DNA of 64,000 nucleotides from an uncultured Chlamydiales bacterium (GTDB lineage Bacteria; Chlamydiota; Chlamydiia; Chlamydiales; FEN-1388): NCBI GenBank assembly GCA_963785335.1, contig CAWAUW010000002.1, positions 6,820 to 70,819 of the forward strand, read 5' to 3'. Shown piece by piece: positions 63,149 to 64,000 of this stretch (position 1 is its first letter; each line of letters starts with the position of its first letter). The notes under the pieces were generated by a model. It saw only the letters and a program-made list of their open reading frames with translations, ran no database searches and was not told where the DNA came from. The position numbers and the translations under genes were made by a program.

Positions 63149-63521
63149 GGCCGGACTTAGGATGTTGATTTAACCACTTTTCCACGAAATGACCTTGAGT
63201 TAATTTATGTCCTTAATTTTTTGGCGCCTCGCGCCGGTCATTTTGTAGCCCATAGGAAGCCTTAGCTTGCTATGGGTCAGATATTAGTAAATAATTTTCC
63301 CCAGTGGGGATTATCTTTTTTAATGATATCGCAGTTGGGCAATAATAAAAATGATGTCCCCCACTTGGGGGGCAATAAATATGATCATTTAACCCATAGC
63401 AAGCTAAGCGCTTCCTATGGGCTACAAAATGACCGGCGCGAAGGCGCCAAAATTAAAATACGAAAATTGACCGAAAATTATCTCATAAAAAAGAGGTTAA
63501 ATCAACATCCCAGGCCCGGCC
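63149..63521. repeat. Palindromic element, family G copy 2
   Basis: TIR GGCCGGACTTAGGATGTTGATTTAACC / GGTTAAATCAACATCCCAGGCCCGGCC. Inner arms are TTTTGGCGCCTCGCGCCGGTCATTTTGTAGCCCATAGGAAGC... and their complement. Confidence 0.9.
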
Positions 63522-63522
63522 C

Positions 63523-63657
63523 CAATGGCGTCAACTTAAGGTCTTTCTTGATCTTAATCTTGATCTTGATCTTAATTTCTTTTTTTTAAAGCACTATGCG
63601 AAAAGAAAGATTAAGATCAAGATCAAGATTAAGAAAGGCCTTAAGTTGACGCCATTG
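63523..63657. repeat. 135-bp palindromic element, family I, with a (GATCTTxAT)n interior
   Basis: CAATGGCGTCAACTTAAGGTCTTTCTTGATCTTAATCTTGATCTTGATCTTAATTTC pairs with its complement. It abuts family G copy 2. Confidence 0.9.
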
Positions 63658-63790
63658 AGACTGACCCCCTTTCTCTGAATTTTTTTATAGACTTCTCACA
63701 GATTTTCAGTTAAACAAAAAATATAGAATTGAAGAGCCTTTTGCAAAACTAGCCGCTTGGTTTTGTTTAAAAAAATCTGTTGTAGAAACT

Positions 63791-64000
63791 ATGAAGAAAG
63801 CTAATCATTACGATTTCATGGTAATTGGCGGCGGTCCTGCGGGTCAGGGAGCGGCAGAGGTAGCAGCTATCTACGGATATAAAACACTAGTAGTAGAGAA
63901 CAATGTCTTAGGCGGTGTCGTTGCCACAACAGGGGGGGCGCCGACCAAAACATTGCGTGATGCGGCACTTTACTTTACAGGTTTTCGTGATCGGGAGGTT
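63791..64000 (+). CDS. FAD-dependent pyridine nucleotide-disulfide oxidoreductase family protein (SthA/Lpd-like); 3' end runs off the window
   Basis: N-terminal YDFMVIGGGPAGQGAA (GxGxxG), then VLGGVVATTGGAPTKTLRDAA. Confidence 0.75.
   Translation, partial: MKKANHYDFMVIGGGPAGQGAAEVAAIYGYKTLVVENNVLGGVVATTGGAPTKTLRDAALYFTGFRDREV

Noticed and set aside
63272-63589. 105-codon ORF upstream of the oxidoreductase gene
   Set aside because: It lies entirely inside palindromic elements G2 and I, has no SD, and has a low-complexity C-terminus (LILILILI) that derives from the GATCTT micro-repeat.

Overview
The gene content looks like chromosome from an environmental, amoeba-associated member of the Chlamydiae. 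This is an inference from content, not a database hit. Supporting genes are the futalosine-pathway menaquinone genes with ubiE and maf, waaA/kdtA, PPi-dependent phosphofructokinase, SpoIID, a class II type III secretion chaperone, tandem DUF502 genes, and several eukaryote-like domain proteins (ankyrin, BTB/POZ, USP deubiquitinase). Housekeeping blocks: ruvB-spoIID; mqn-ubiE-maf; nagA; waaA plus two tRNA(CAU) genes; pfp-csaA; oppBCDF; mutM; nagZ; oppA; rlmI; rny-corC-like-ybeY. These are interleaved with accessory genes. Five observations are most worth following up. (1) 42360-49841 is an effector-like cluster: an ankyrin protein with a YopT-like Cys-His-Asp pattern, an orphan T3S chaperone, an acidic small protein, a BTB protein and a eukaryotic-type USP. 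(2) At least 13 long palindromic, MITE/REP-like elements of several families occupy nearly every large intergenic gap. Three sub-families share conserved flanks around a hairpin whose stem sequence differs while pairing is kept. (3) oppD is frameshifted at a T6 tract. (4) There is an exact 383-bp tandem duplication of a gene's 3' end. (5) One protein carries two Fic-like domains that both lack the catalytic His. No transposase, integrase, cas gene, rRNA or regular CRISPR array was seen. All domain calls come from motif recognition by eye and need HMM or BLAST confirmation.
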